A stretch of DNA of 64,000 nucleotides, taken from assembly GCA_004764695.1 (NCBI GenBank), contig SMSO01000006.1, forward strand, positions 1,131,859 to 1,195,858, given 5' to 3'. Source of the DNA: Schizochytrium sp. TIO01. Its lineage: Eukaryota > Protista > Bigyra: Labyrinthulomycetes. The notes under the pieces were generated by a model. That model saw only the letters and a program-made list of their open reading frames with translations, was not told where the DNA came from and searched no databases. The translations under genes were made by a program, and so were the position numbers. Positions 24,725 to 37,455 of the stretch are shown here, one piece after another (positions within the stretch are counted from its first letter, which is position 1; the number at the start of each line of letters is the position of its first letter).

Positions 24725-24800
24725 CTTCTTCTTCTTCTCTTTTAGTAATTCTTCTCCTTTCGTAATTCTTCTTCTTAGGTAGATAGATAGATAGATAGAT
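24695..24800 (+). repeat. (CTT)n followed by (GATA)n microsatellites
   Basis: Direct reading of the sequence. Confidence 0.9.
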
Positions 24801-25573
24801 GATCCCCATATTCCTTCTTCTTACACAGATAGATCTCCCTTCACTGTTGGGACAGCGCTAAAAGGTACCTCTAGAGGTATGTAGTAGCAGTCGCATACGA
24901 GCAGCGTCGCTAGCAAAGCAATACTGGGCCCTAGCGAGAGTGCCCTCCCTATGCGTCCTCTTATGCTAAAGCGTAGTCATGCTGGCAAATTAAGAACCAG
25001 AGAGAAGTCCTAGTTCCTCGGGAGGGCTTAAGGTAACACCGGAACCCTAGCTTAAACAATAGTGGGCCCTAGCACCGCACTTTTGCCCTTCTTTTTTCAG
25101 GCTGTCTCGCAATCCCAGCCCAGAAGGGTGTCATTTGGCCCCTTGCGGACGGCCTTTTCTCCAGGTTTCGACGGCTTTGCCTCATCCCGGGGCCACTCTC
25201 CACCTCCCCCCACGCATAAGCCCCACTCTCCCCGGGAAGCAGGGCGTCGGGGCGGTCTTCATGCTTGGAACGCGGCTGGAACAAAGAGAACGCGGGGCAG
25301 CGGCGGTAATTGTACGGCGCCCCGTCGCGCCGAAGTCCTGTAACCCCACCCCCTGTTCGGCTGGCTGCGCACCTTTCACCGAGGGCAGCATAGGGGAAAC
25401 TGTAGCACGCCTAGAAACCAGTCAGTTTTAAAAGGAGAAAAGAAATAAAAGGGAAAGAGAGGGAGAGAAAGAGAGAGATTAGAAAGAAAGAGGGAATAAG
25501 AAAGAGAGAAAGTCAGACAACAAAGCCCTTAGACTCTCTCGTGTGGACGAAGTAGTCACTCGCCGCTAGCACC

Positions 25574-27140
25574 ATGGCGCGCCGCCCCGCTCGTTGCTGT
25601 ACGTTGAGGCTCGCACCGCTTGGAGAAAGACGCTCTACCATCATGCGTCTCGTCGCTTGACCCGCACTCGGCACCTGCCGGGCAGCTGGGGAGTGGAGAT
25701 GAAGCATGGATGGATGGATGGACGAATTGGACCGCGGGTTGCCGCATGAAGGACCACGACGACCAGGATGTTCTTTGACATAGGCCTGAATCGATGGAGA
25801 GGTGATACGCAGTGGCTTGCGCACAGGAAACCCTTGATACTGATCTTCAACTCGTGCCGTGGATGGCGCAATGGAGGCAGGAAAGAGGAGGCGTAGTTTA
25901 CTGAGTTCGCTTTCATTGGTGATGAAAACCCTCTCCTTTTTGATTGATCGATCTGCTCAATGGCTTCTTTCGTTTAATCAGGGCTCAGAGCGAAAAGAAT
26001 CGCGAACCCTGTTAGGTGAAGAGCTTCGTGCCAGATCATGTTCGGTTCGAGCAGTGAAGAATATTGATGACCTGGTTTATGGTTAAGATTAAACAATGAA
26101 TAGACCGCTAGTAAGACCCATTAAGCACTATTAGTAGACGGTGCTGGCGTAGGTGTTTACTCTTCTATGGCTCATGTTTGATGAACTTCTGGCTCTGCAG
26201 TGGCCCTTTTCGCAATTTTCCGTATTTCATGCTGTCCATGTGAAATAATAGAGGTTTTTGCGTTTTCTCCTCCGCGATAAATACTGATTTATTCAGTGAA
26301 ATAAAACTCTACAATGAGGGGCTAGGAAACTAACTTGGTTGATGAAAATGTTTACGTTGTATTGAAACAGACCGCTACTGCAAGAACAAGCCGTACATCA
26401 AGTCGCGCTACCTTCGTGGTGTACCTGAGCCCAAGCTCAAGATCTACGGTAAGTCCTTTTCGTGGATGTGGGGGAACCTTAGGCAAAACCGTGCGAGGTG
26501 TTGCTCTGTTCCAACCCCACATGATCTTGAGGCTTGAAAAGCCTTAAACGGCAAGAAACACAAAGACTAACGTGAAACTGTTATTAATGGTTGATGAAAT
26601 ATAGATGTCGGTGCCAAGAAGGCTGGCGTAGACGTTTTCCCGGCTGTGTGCCACATGTTCTCTGACGAGCGTGAGCAGATCTCCTCTGAGGCTCTCGAGG
26701 CTGCCCGCATTGCCTGCAACAAGTACCTCGTCAAGAACGCCGGTAAGGATGCCTTCCACATGCGCATCCGTGCCCACCCCTTCCACGTGCTCCGTATCAA
26801 CAAGATGCTTTCCTGCGCCGGTGCTGATCGTCTCCAGACCGGTATGCGTCACGCTTACGGTAAGCCCGCTGGTGTTGTTGCCCGTGTGAAGATTGGCCAG
26901 ATTCTCATCTCCGTCCGCACCCGCAAGCAGACCCTCCCTGTCGCCATGGAGGCTCTCCGCCGCTCCAAGATGAAGTTCCCCGGTCGCCAGAAGATTGTGA
27001 CCTCCAAGAAGTGGGGCTTCACCAAGTATGATACCGCTGAGTACGTGCGCATGCGCAAGGAGGGCCTCCTCATCCCCGACGGAAACCAGGTCAAGTACGT
27101 GCCCAAGCACGGCCCTCTTAATGTTCCCGGCGAGGAGTAA
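25574..27140 (+). CDS. RPL10: 60S ribosomal protein L10 (uL16); exons 25574-25598, 26371-26448, 26605-27140
   Basis: Spliced product reads [37 protein letters not shown]...[10 protein letters not shown]...[18 protein letters not shown]. Both introns are GT-AG with consistent phase. Confidence 0.96.
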
Positions 27141-27513
27141 GAAGAGGAATTATTGATTTGATTTTCTGCTTTTTTACACATTCTCTCCCTTTTTCACCAT
27201 ATCATCCTCAATTTTTCTTGTCCTTTACAAGTTGCTCATTCCCAAGAGCTTGTTTGTCCCACGACCCAGTCCCGGCAGCTAAGTAGAGCCATTTTCAATT
27301 GTTTATTTATCAAGACATACGGGTGGCTTTAGTGAGTGGAATAAGAGTCACCTTCCCGTGTCAAGAAAAGGTTTCTTTTGTTGAACAAGATAGTTTGAAG
27401 AAATCAACTTAATCGTTTGGTTTTCATTATCTACTGTACACTTGAGCTCGGGGTTTTAGAAACGTCTTTACATGCATAATTGTGTTATGCTGTTGTTCAT
27501 CTGCGAACATTAT

Positions 27514-29475
27514 TCATGCCATGGAGCGCTGCAAAGAAGCAATCTCTTGATGAAGAGAATCCAAATTCGCGCGCAAAGTGCTGGCAAGCTCAGAGTCAAC
27601 CGGTTCATTGAAGGCGAACGCATCATCAAGGATACCGTCCCCACGGGCATCCTGCCCTCCAGTCGAAGGTGGTACTCCAAAAATCCTAATATCGTCTTCA
27701 TAACCCAGATTCAAAGGAGTGTGCTTAAATTGTGCATCCCCAAAATTCAGTTCTGTACCCGTAACTGGCCGAGAATGAGTTTGGATATCTGGAGTGTATG
27801 CTTGATCTAGGCCATCGATGTTTCCCATGGTACCGAAGTTGAACTCATCCAAGCTTTGCGAGTATGGAGTCCGGGGCGCTGTAAAGGGGCGATCGATTGT
27901 CAAAAAATCATCACCAAGTTCCCGCTTCGTAACGTTTACTTCTTCCCTCACAGCAGAACTAGGAGCAGTTTCACTTGTATACACGCCGCGTTCCCGGTGC
28001 ATAGACTCCAGAAATTGACGTCGGCGTTGTGCACCGAGTTCTAAATCATTTAATTTGGCTAATAAGCGTGCCGTCTCTTGCTCCATTCTACTTGCTTTTG
28101 TCTCTGCTTGTTGACGACGAAGTCGGTCATTATCACGTTGACGAGCCAGCTCCTCAATATGCTCCTTCTGGCTACGTACTTGCTCTTCCATGCTTGTCAA
28201 TTGCTCATTTTGGCGAAGCATCTTTTCATGCATAGAGTGTACTTGGGCCTTCGCGCGAACAATTGCAACACGGTATTTGGAAACAAGGTTTGCAGATGAA
28301 GATTTTGCAGCTGCGGCATCAAGCTCAAGCTGCGCACTTTCTAGTTTGGATGTTAATTGCCCATTTCTACGCTCAAGGTCTTGGCATAGCGAGCACAGGT
28401 CGCGTACTAGTTTACGGGTTTCAGAGGATGAGCTCAATTCAGCAGCATATCCTCGTTCAGCCAGGGTACCATCTGTTGCAGCAAGCAAAAGTGCTGCTTG
28501 TGAAGCTTTTGACTTCACAGCACTAATTCGCCCACGCCTACCACCAGCTACTAAATTTGATGTAGAGTTGGACTTGAGACTATTTTCTCCCTTTGAAATA
28601 AAACATTCTCCGCCTAAGAGACTATCCTTTAAGAGCGCGCGGTCAACTGCGTCTTCATCATCACTATCCTCACCGTCTAAGTCAAAGTCCTCACCATTTT
28701 CATCAAATTGTTTGCCATAGAACCCTTGTCGTTTCTTTGATCTATTAAATACAGGAGAAAACTCATCATCATCACTGCACCGATTCTTAGCTTCGTTTCC
28801 CCCATCAATCAACAAGCCAGCAGCTTTGGCATCTTCTTGCCCTGGCAGGAGAGCCGCTCGTCCTAGTTTGTTTGAAGCATCGCAAATTTTTGACATTAAT
28901 CGTTTTGCTGTATGCGAGTTTACAGCATGGAACCCACCTGCGCCAAGGTGCCTGCGCAGATCGATTACTGTTTTCTGAATGGCTCGTGTAGCCTCTTGAA
29001 GCTTCTCACCACGTTCAAGAGCGGCTTGTTCAGTAGCTTCCAGGGATTCTGCAAATCGTTCTAAGCGAGCATTTGCGCGATACTTAGATGTACGTAGTGC
29101 TTCTGATTTCCGCTGTAATTCTTTATTCAGACAGCTGATTTTGTATTCAGCTTCACGAAGTTTATCACGCACATCGGTAGTTTCTGACTGCTTCGCGAGT
29201 TCGCGTGTTTCAATATTCTGTAACTTTGCCTTGAACGCTGCATCCTCTTCATACCGCGCATCGAGCTCCACTTTAAGTTTTGCAGCTTGTCTTACTGCCG
29301 CAACAGCTCGAGTTTGCGCATGCTTTAGAGCGCGCTCTAGGTTGGGACACCGGTCGCATTCCTTTAGCTTTTGTGAACTTACATTAGCTCTTGGTGGAGA
29401 GACCTCCTGAAATTGGGTTTTGCCGCCTAAGCTGTCGCCGTCGTCGTCCCACTGTAGATCATTGTCAAAGGGCAT
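27514..29475 (-). CDS. Hypothetical coiled-coil protein
   Basis: 653-aa ATG-initiated ORF with two long heptad regions; no family recognised. Confidence 0.75.
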   Translation of the reverse strand: MPFDNDLQWDDDGDSLGGKTQFQEVSPPRANVSSQKLKECDRCPNLERALKHAQTRAVAAVRQAAKLKVELDARYEEDAAFKAKLQNIETRELAKQSETTDVRDKLREAEYKISCLNKELQRKSEALRTSKYRANARLERFAESLEATEQAALERGEKLQEATRAIQKTVIDLRRHLGAGGFHAVNSHTAKRLMSKICDASNKLGRAALLPGQEDAKAAGLLIDGGNEAKNRCSDDDEFSPVFNRSKKRQGFYGKQFDENGEDFDLDGEDSDDEDAVDRALLKDSLLGGECFISKGENSLKSNSTSNLVAGGRRGRISAVKSKASQAALLLAATDGTLAERGYAAELSSSSETRKLVRDLCSLCQDLERRNGQLTSKLESAQLELDAAAAKSSSANLVSKYRVAIVRAKAQVHSMHEKMLRQNEQLTSMEEQVRSQKEHIEELARQRDNDRLRRQQAETKASRMEQETARLLAKLNDLELGAQRRRQFLESMHRERGVYTSETAPSSAVREEVNVTKRELGDDFLTIDRPFTAPRTPYSQSLDEFNFGTMGNIDGLDQAYTPDIQTHSRPVTGTELNFGDAQFKHTPLNLGYEDDIRIFGVPPSTGGQDARGDGILDDAFAFNEPVDSELASTLRANLDSLHQEIASLQRSMA

Positions 29476-30665
29476 TTTGTTACACTGTCCAGGGTCCCTT
29501 CTAGCCTAGGTAGGATCAGTCAATTTCACTTGTGTCTAATTCTGGTGCTTTCAGACCTTCACAATTTCCAGTGCTCTTATGGTAAAGCTAAAACTACAAT
29601 TTGACTTCCATGTAGGGTGTCTTCAGCCCAGATGTATATCGTGCTGCACGATTTGTTTCTTCACACGAGGCACCCACCCAGAATCCCAGGTATTGGCCTG
29701 CGCTTGAACTCGGCAGTTAGATGACAATATTGGATGCTGTGACTGATAAGCAAGCCAGCAAGCCAGCAAGCTCCACAATGGCTCTCGCCAGTTCCAGACT
29801 CTTTGGGGGGGGGGGGGAGGGGGGCGGGTGGCAAGTCCTGTCAATGGGGCCCGCGCGGCCTTATTCACAGCACAATGTGACGTTGATCGCCGATTGGGCT
29901 CTCCTTAATAGTAAAATACTACAAAGGGTAAAAAACTCAGGCGACAAAAATCTGCAACGACCGCATTCCCCATGTTCCCATACCGCTATCCGTTACACAT
30001 GCGATCGCGGTATCAGTTGTGTGCTTGCACGATGCTATTTGAAGTGCCGGGGAGGCCTACGGTGTGAGAGGCCATTGAGCGTAGAATTTCGAAGCGCGAA
30101 AATGGCTCTGGTTTGGTGGAGGTTAGGATGGATTTCGTCCCGGCTGACTAGTTTTGTCCGGTGTGGCAGGATGATAATGAGTTTCGTGGTGGATACGGAT
30201 ACGTTGCAGCAAGAATGTCCACTTCAAAGATGTGAAAGTCTTTGGGAAAGGCAAATGACTTTCACATGGTAATTTTGATCGTTTCGCCCTTGTGAGAGCA
30301 GTAAGATAAATACATATTTCATGAACATGACCTCCATATAACATTTTAGGTCTAGTCTCGCACAGGGACACAACTAACAATCGTGAGTACGTAGGCTTAT
30401 ATATTAACTAAGAACACACCCGTGAACATAAAAAGGACAAAAATTGTAAATAAGCCATTCGTTCGTTTTTATTTACTCATTTAGTTAACAGAACCTTAAA
30501 CTTCGAAAAGTGGCTCAGCGGGGCGCTAGGATTTGATCAGGACGCAACGCTGCAGCCTGCAGCGTGGAGAATGAGCGTCGTAGAGCAACCTCAGTCAGTC
30601 AGTTTGCTCTTCTGATTTCTTGAATTATTGTTGCTGTGCATAGCACCAGCTGCTTGGAAAGGGCA

Positions 30666-31829
30666 ATGGGCACAGCCGTTTCGCGGACAAAGCTGCCTCC
30701 AGAAGCGTTAGAGCATATGCCCACGTTTCGAAAGATAGGTTTACAAGAGAAACACCTTCGAAAGCTTTACAAAACATTTGCACACATTGATAAGGACCAC
30801 AGTGGAGAACTTGATCTGTATGAGGTCTTGGACTACCTCAAGGTTGCAAAGACACCATTCACTCAGCGAGTCTTTAGAATTTTTGATGAGGACGGCTCAG
30901 GGCAGATCGACTTTCGAGAATTTGTATTGAGTACGTGGAACTACGCAACTTTAACCAAGAGCTCTCTCGTTCTTTTTGCTTTTGACCTTTATGATGAGGA
31001 TGGGAGTGGCTCCATTGAAACGGAGGAAATTATTAACATGTGTAAAGATGTCTATGGAGAAGAATATAACAAGTCAAGATTAGCGATGCAAATCTTGGAA
31101 AAAATACACAAGCTCAGTGATCCGTCTCGGGGTTCTGGCGTGATTTCGATTGACAAATTTGCAACTTTTTGTGATCATCACCCCGGTCTACTTTATCCTG
31201 CATTTCAATTTCAAAACGCTTTACAAAAGGCGATTCTTGGACACGCATACTGGCACAAACTATCCAAGGAGCGCCTTGTAATGGCCAATGGAGTACAAGT
31301 TAGCATAAAGGAAATCCTTACAGCACATATTGACGAACGCAAATTTAAAGAGCTTGCTACATATGACAACCCAGATAGTGAGGCTATACTTCCTGAAAAG
31401 ATGCAACGTGAGGCCCGAAAGACTTTGATGCAGCGTAGAGACACGACTGATTTTAGAGAAATTATTAACGTTACAGGGACAGTGGCACAGCGCCGCAGTA
31501 CAGCAAGCGCACAGTTGCAAAGCGCAACTACTAAGTTATCTGCAGCAAGGGCTTTGCAAAATTCTCGTCGAGAAATCCGCCCATCAATGCAGCAAGCGCC
31601 TGGGCGACATGGTGCACGAATGTCGCGAACACCAAGTTCACGAAACCAAAATGTATTAAGGTCACATTCATCTCGAGATGCACTGAGGACTGGTGCGAAT
31701 GGTCCTAGTGCAATGCCTCGGGCGAGCGTGGCTGCAAAATTACCAAGGCGTAGTGAGACAGGTTTAAAATCTAGGCAGGTCCAACCCAACTTATCCACAG
31801 CCAAAAGACCACCACCGATTATTACATAG
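30666..31829 (+). CDS. EF-hand calcium-binding protein (calcineurin B/recoverin-like) with likely N-myristoylation and a basic disordered tail
   Basis: MGTAVS start (MGxxxS); EF loops DKDHSGELDLYE, DEDGSGQIDFRE, DEDGSGSIETEE. Confidence 0.85.
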   Translation: MGTAVSRTKLPPEALEHMPTFRKIGLQEKHLRKLYKTFAHIDKDHSGELDLYEVLDYLKVAKTPFTQRVFRIFDEDGSGQIDFREFVLSTWNYATLTKSSLVLFAFDLYDEDGSGSIETEEIINMCKDVYGEEYNKSRLAMQILEKIHKLSDPSRGSGVISIDKFATFCDHHPGLLYPAFQFQNALQKAILGHAYWHKLSKERLVMANGVQVSIKEILTAHIDERKFKELATYDNPDSEAILPEKMQREARKTLMQRRDTTDFREIINVTGTVAQRRSTASAQLQSATTKLSAARALQNSRREIRPSMQQAPGRHGARMSRTPSSRNQNVLRSHSSRDALRTGANGPSAMPRASVAAKLPRRSETGLKSRQVQPNLSTAKRPPPIIT

Positions 31830-32236
31830 CTTTGCAAAGGACTCTATTATTTTTGCATAGTGCTAAACTTGTATATTAGCTCCGTAAGAGCAGTTTGCAT
31901 ATCGAAAATTTTCATATCCTATTTTCTTTTTTAACGTTTTATAAAAAGCGCAGATTGAAATCCTGTGTAAAAGTCATTCTGACAAATACATTTGAAGTTG
32001 TAGACTCCTTCCTTGTCCAGTTTGCATTCTCCTGTTCTTCATTTAGATTATCTTTGTTACATACTCCAGCGTATAACTGCCCTGATGTAAGACTAAAGAA
32101 TCAAAGTTAGAGAAGGCCAGGGTTTAGCAGAATATAGAGGACAAGTCAATGTAGCGGGAAAATGATTAATATGACCTTTTGCACGAATGTAAAGCACTGC
32201 TTGGACCACATGATGTTATTTCAAAGCTGCATCAAT

Positions 32237-35200
32237 TCACTTTTGGCCTTGGCGCCAAGCTTCGATTCGAGCTTTCAGCTCAGACTGAGGCTTCAACATA
32301 TCGCGAGTAAGTGGAGCACGGTTGAACGGATCGGTCTGGTCGTTGAGAAGGTGCTGTTCAATTACAGATCGGTCAATGACAGTGTTTGAGGTAGGCAGCA
32401 GAACTGGATCTGTCATGACTTCCTGCATAAGAGGATCAAGGAATTCATCAGGTGCCTCGCCGAGATCTGCCTCAGCTTCTAGAATTCGTTTGGATTCCTC
32501 TTCTGCATCCTTGTTCATTTTGTCGAAGCAATCAGTTACATCTAGTGGCAGAGTGCCAAACTTTTTTACAGTTTTGGAAGCCTTGTCAAAATCTGCAAAT
32601 TTGTAGTATGCACAAGAAGCAACTGCGCTTGTGAAGGAGTATCCACCTCCATAGTAAAAACGGGCCATGGTTTGATATACGCTTGAGAGAAGCTCTTGAG
32701 GGTGAAAATTATACTTTGCAGGATCATCAATCTTGAAGTTAACGCCGCGTGGCCCAGAAAGGCTGACAAGAATGCTGCTAAGCATACCGGCAAGGCGGCT
32801 ACCAAGGCCAGAGCTTACGAACGCTTTAACATATACGGGGTCAAGAGATAGGTACCGCATCATACCAATAACCTCGCCGGCAAGCAAGAGTGCACTTGAT
32901 ACGAAACGTTCATTGTCTTGAAGACCTTGCTCTCGCTGGCGACGATCTTCATCGGACATTTGATTCCATGCAGGCTCACGACGATCAAGCTGTACCTGAC
33001 GAATCTCTCGCAATCGTTGCAAGGAATCAGCCACACCATCATTAGTCTGGTTAATGATACCATTGGCAAATTTCACAAAGCGCTGCGGCGTAGAGCTGGC
33101 AAACGAATGGAATGCTTCTTTATGAGCATCCTGCTGCCAAATATACTTTAGAAGTAATGCAATATGTTGGCGGTAGCCAATGGCCTCGTAATGACCACAG
33201 GCTTCCACATCACCATAAAGCTCAAGGAGGCCAGGGGCCAGGTATTTGCAAATCAGGGGAGATCCGGCTAGCAAACTACCCCGGATGTTTTGGGGCCCCA
33301 AGTCTCCGCCAGAACGGCGTTCATTGCCCTTCTCGGCATCCGGCAGGAATGCTGCAAAAAGAGTTTCAGCAAAATTAGCGCGAAGATGAGGACTGTGAAC
33401 AACCTTTGGGCTGGCCATGAAGGCGACGAACGCACCAACCAAAGTTCGCAAAGTTTCTGGATCTGCGGCATCTAAACGAGAGGGTGCATAGTATGCCAAG
33501 GATTTCAGCAAGTGCGTGGCATCATCGAGGATATGCTCTGGGGTAGATTGAAGTTCTTTGGCTGGTGATGGATCTGTGCGCAGCGGCAATTCAAGATCAT
33601 CAAGTGCCTCCAAGTTGTTGACTCCCTGAGCTTTGCTTAGAAGCCAACGGCAGTACAAAGCATATAGAAGGAGGGAATCCTGGGTCATCGAGTGTTCAAA
33701 AGCGAGGCACTGGGTGGCGTAAAGTTGTTGAAGCAATGCTGAAAATTCATCCTTCTCCTTACTTGGGGGTGCCATGGGGCTCAATGCTTCAGCGCCAAGT
33801 GAACGTTGCATAAACGATAAATGACGCTCATAACTATCAATGCGACGGGTGCATGAGATAGATCCTAGATGCACTGCACGTAGGGCGTAGAAAAAGCAAC
33901 GCGTGACAAAGTTATAGTCGCTCTCTGGCTTAACTTCCCCTGCTTCTGACATTTCCACATCACTACCGCCAGTGAGCTTTGTAAGATCATTGGGAAAAGC
34001 ACGAGTTTTGAACGAACCATCAATGAGGCCCATTTTGTTCGCTCCTGGCTTCAAAAATGGCTTACAGAGCTGAAGCAGGACAGAGGCCAAGTTGACAGAG
34101 AATCCGTCTGAAGCAACTTCGTGCCGATTCGGTTGCATTTGAGCACGCGCTTTGTTCAGCTCAAGGGCACGTGACACCCAATCCATCATAAGATTGCGTG
34201 TCTCAGGCCCAGCACGACACACGTTCAATACTGCTTGGCCTGTGCCACTTGTAACACCGGCAAGTTGTACCTGTAGGGTATTTTGTATGCTACGGATGTC
34301 AGTGGGAGCACGTGTGAGCGGGTTCGAGAAAAAATCACGCATCACTGCTGGTCCTGTTGGGGATGGGTGGAGAAAGGCGCCCCAGAAGGACTCGAGCTCC
34401 ACCCGACGTCCATTCTTCGTGGGCTCGCCTTGACTGCGAAGCATCTGCATCATCATGTTGTACATGGGATGACTCGGATCTATACCAGGAGGCATAGGTG
34501 GGTTATTCGAACGGATAACGCGCACCTCATCATATGGCGATTTGCCATCCCGTGTCTCAGCATCGTTCACCCAAATAGCAAGAACCTTGCTGAAAGGTTT
34601 CTGGGCGCACAAAGCTCTCAACACACTCACTGGTCCTATAGCAAAGGGAGTAGCAGTTTCCGATGCAGATCTCATATCACTTTCAATTTTGATCAGCATA
34701 GGCTCTAGGATGCGGCTGACGCACTCTTGACGAACAGCTTCCTCTGCGAGAAACTCTAACATTTGGCGTGCAGCACTAGCCCTAGAATCGGAACCAGAGG
34801 AGCCTTCAAGTGCAGAGACAAGAGAATGCATGGGCGAAGCACTAGACTCTGTGCTCGGAAACATTTCTGGCTCAAGCATAACAGTGACAGCGTAAGAGAC
34901 TATGAACTTCTGACACTCATCAAGCAACTTGAGGATTGTCTCGTCGCCGGCTCTGTTGCGTCGGATTTGATCAAGGCGATCAAAAGACGAGATTAAGTAT
35001 TCCAAAGGTGATTCGTGTCTGGCAAAATCTGGAAGATCGATTGGAAGCATAGCCAAGCGAATGTACAAAGCCTCCTCGATGTTTTCAGCATTGAGGTCTT
35101 CATTCCCCTCGCCTTCCATCTCGGTCAGTCGCACCGTGGTGGATCCAGCTCCTCTCCGATCTCCGATACACATTGCGAATACCCTTGATAAAACATCATC

Positions 35201-35728
35201 TTCAGGCTTCATATTGAGTTTCTTCTTCTTATTTGTATTCTCCGAAACAGGTCCTGTTGAATTGGTTGCCTCGACTGGAACACCTTCTGTATCTGTTGCA
35301 GATTTTTCCGTTGGTGTTCCTTGAGGGGCTACTGGGCTCTCCTGCGCACTCTTTAATACTGATGAGCCTAAATCGCTCGACAGTGGTGCTGCCTCTGGTG
35401 ATCTCGTTGTCATCTTTTCTTGGAGCCCGTTTTGAGATTCTAATCCCACTCCGGATCCAGGTGTTGTTGCAGAATTGTCACTTGACTTTGTGCCTGCCTG
35501 GACAGTTGTAGCATCTTTTAGAGTCTCTGACTGAGAATTTTCGCTTTCGTCTTTAGGAGATGTTCCTTTTGCTTGCTCTAGCCTTTGCAAATGTGCAAGT
35601 CTTCTGGCTCTCATCTCTTCAGGCGTCAGCGTCGGCGCCGCTGGAGCGGACTCTTCTTGCTGTTGGTTCTCATCGTTGTTGCCGTCGTTGTTGTCGTTGC
35701 GAACCGCAAGGTTCCGCAGGAAGTTCAT
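32237..35728 (-). CDS. UFD2: U-box ubiquitin conjugation factor E4 (Ufd2/UBE4B)
   Basis: EEMRARRL N-terminal motif, [24 protein letters not shown], and C-terminal U-box [21 protein letters not shown]...[15 protein letters not shown]. First ATG at 35728. Confidence 0.95.
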   Translation of the reverse strand: MNFLRNLAVRNDNNDGNNDENQQQEESAPAAPTLTPEEMRARRLAHLQRLEQAKGTSPKDESENSQSETLKDATTVQAGTKSSDNSATTPGSGVGLESQNGLQEKMTTRSPEAAPLSSDLGSSVLKSAQESPVAPQGTPTEKSATDTEGVPVEATNSTGPVSENTNKKKKLNMKPEDDVLSRVFAMCIGDRRGAGSTTVRLTEMEGEGNEDLNAENIEEALYIRLAMLPIDLPDFARHESPLEYLISSFDRLDQIRRNRAGDETILKLLDECQKFIVSYAVTVMLEPEMFPSTESSASPMHSLVSALEGSSGSDSRASAARQMLEFLAEEAVRQECVSRILEPMLIKIESDMRSASETATPFAIGPVSVLRALCAQKPFSKVLAIWVNDAETRDGKSPYDEVRVIRSNNPPMPPGIDPSHPMYNMMMQMLRSQGEPTKNGRRVELESFWGAFLHPSPTGPAVMRDFFSNPLTRAPTDIRSIQNTLQVQLAGVTSGTGQAVLNVCRAGPETRNLMMDWVSRALELNKARAQMQPNRHEVASDGFSVNLASVLLQLCKPFLKPGANKMGLIDGSFKTRAFPNDLTKLTGGSDVEMSEAGEVKPESDYNFVTRCFFYALRAVHLGSISCTRRIDSYERHLSFMQRSLGAEALSPMAPPSKEKDEFSALLQQLYATQCLAFEHSMTQDSLLLYALYCRWLLSKAQGVNNLEALDDLELPLRTDPSPAKELQSTPEHILDDATHLLKSLAYYAPSRLDAADPETLRTLVGAFVAFMASPKVVHSPHLRANFAETLFAAFLPDAEKGNERRSGGDLGPQNIRGSLLAGSPLICKYLAPGLLELYGDVEACGHYEAIGYRQHIALLLKYIWQQDAHKEAFHSFASSTPQRFVKFANGIINQTNDGVADSLQRLREIRQVQLDRREPAWNQMSDEDRRQREQGLQDNERFVSSALLLAGEVIGMMRYLSLDPVYVKAFVSSGLGSRLAGMLSSILVSLSGPRGVNFKIDDPAKYNFHPQELLSSVYQTMARFYYGGGYSFTSAVASCAYYKFADFDKASKTVKKFGTLPLDVTDCFDKMNKDAEEESKRILEAEADLGEAPDEFLDPLMQEVMTDPVLLPTSNTVIDRSVIEQHLLNDQTDPFNRAPLTRDMLKPQSELKARIEAWRQGQK

Positions 35729-37455
35729 CGCGACCTCTCGTGGCAAACTAGCTACTCAGACCCAGCCCAGCGAGGCCCCCCGTACTTGAGTATCCGTCAA
35801 GGCGGTGTCGTGATCCTCCCCGGCGGCAATCCCGTTTTCAAGTTTTGATCTTCTCTGTCCTTCTTCCGCCTTCTATTCCTTCAACATTCAATCTTTTTCT
35901 GATCTTTTGCCTCTTCTATCTATTTATCATAACTTTTCGCTCTGTTTTGGACACGAGCAATAGTACCTATTATGATGAGACCCCCAATTTTGGACGCGCT
36001 TGCAATTAAAATACAGCGATATTCGCGAACATAGTAGATAGGTAGGCACCGGTAATAGAAGGTATACTTGCGATTGTGAGCAAATGTGTACGTATCATTC
36101 TGAGGAGAGTGCCTCTAGAGATTAAAAGTACATCCAAAAGAGTAAAAGCCCGCGTATATTGGAGCAATGCAGAGTAGAAGCTGAAGCTATGTGGGAAGCG
36201 TAGGATAAGGGAAGGCCAAAAGGAAGACATCTATAAACACAAATATTGTTTATATTTGAGGAGAGGCGCCTAGGAATTAGGCATCACGTAAATCTTGGCA
36301 GTAAGATGGCTGGGTTTAGTTCCCGAAATTGGGCCACCGTCTTGGCCCGAAGTGATGCAGAAACGTCTCATTAAAATATGTTGCACAAGTCAGCATAATA
36401 GATACAATCGAAGAACTGGGTATTTGGAGTATCGCTAGTACTCCTACAAACCACATCCTTCTATTTTATGGCAGCACACAAAATGGGGAATCCGCAAGTT
36501 CTGCAGCCGCTTCTCAAAGTACCGAAGCATATCTTAGGCTCTGCTTTCTTGAAAGAATGTGCATTATTATCAGACAAATCTAAAGCATCGGGCACATTTA
36601 AAATTGACATGCATCGTCATCTGGCGAAATTATAACGTGGCAAATGCTTCTGTGGTTATTATACGCTACCAGCTCAAAAGGCACCACATTCCACTACGCC
36701 TGTCTTATAAATTACCTAGTACTGCCTTCATTAGCATAGCTTACTTCTCAGTATCGTCAAGCTTCAAAGCCGCCTCTATTCACGCTGCTGAACAGGTTTA
36801 GACCTTTGAGTTGCTTACTGTTTAGCTAAGAGTGGCATGCAATATTGCAATATGCAACTTGCAATAAAGTCATACCACGCCAAGACGCTGCAGCAAAGAC
36901 ATACGTAAGCAAGCCGTGCTCTTGGACTTGAGGCTGTGCAAGGTATCACGAACTAGAGTCGGGTGAGGAAGCTAGAGTGACGAGTTTGTCTTGCCAGCGA
37001 GGATCAGAGCTCCTGGGTCGGTATATACGACGAAACAAGCAGTGAAAGTCAGAAGGTAAGTAGGCACAAGTGCTAGTTCTTCCTTGTCCACTTTCACTTC
37101 TCCGCAACAGCAGCTTCGTGAAAAAAGTGGGTGACTTCGGTGACATTGCGGAGGGCTTCTTCCATAACTGTGAGCCACATTTGGGAGTGAACGAAAGCCT
37201 GTCTTACTTACTTTCCTTCCACTCTAGGTGGGCTGCCCCGTTTGCGTTTGACGCACGCCTTCAAGTGAGACTTGCTCTTGAGGGCAGAACCTGATCGTCC
37301 CTGATTGCTTTAAGTTGGACGGAGGGTGTAGCAAGCAGAGTCAGACAACAACGACAGCAAGAGCGGCAGCAGCAGCATAGTTGGCGAGAGTAGGGAATAG
37401 AAATAGTTGTTGCTTTCGAGAGGGAGGATACTTGTAGTTCACTGTGAACAGGGTC

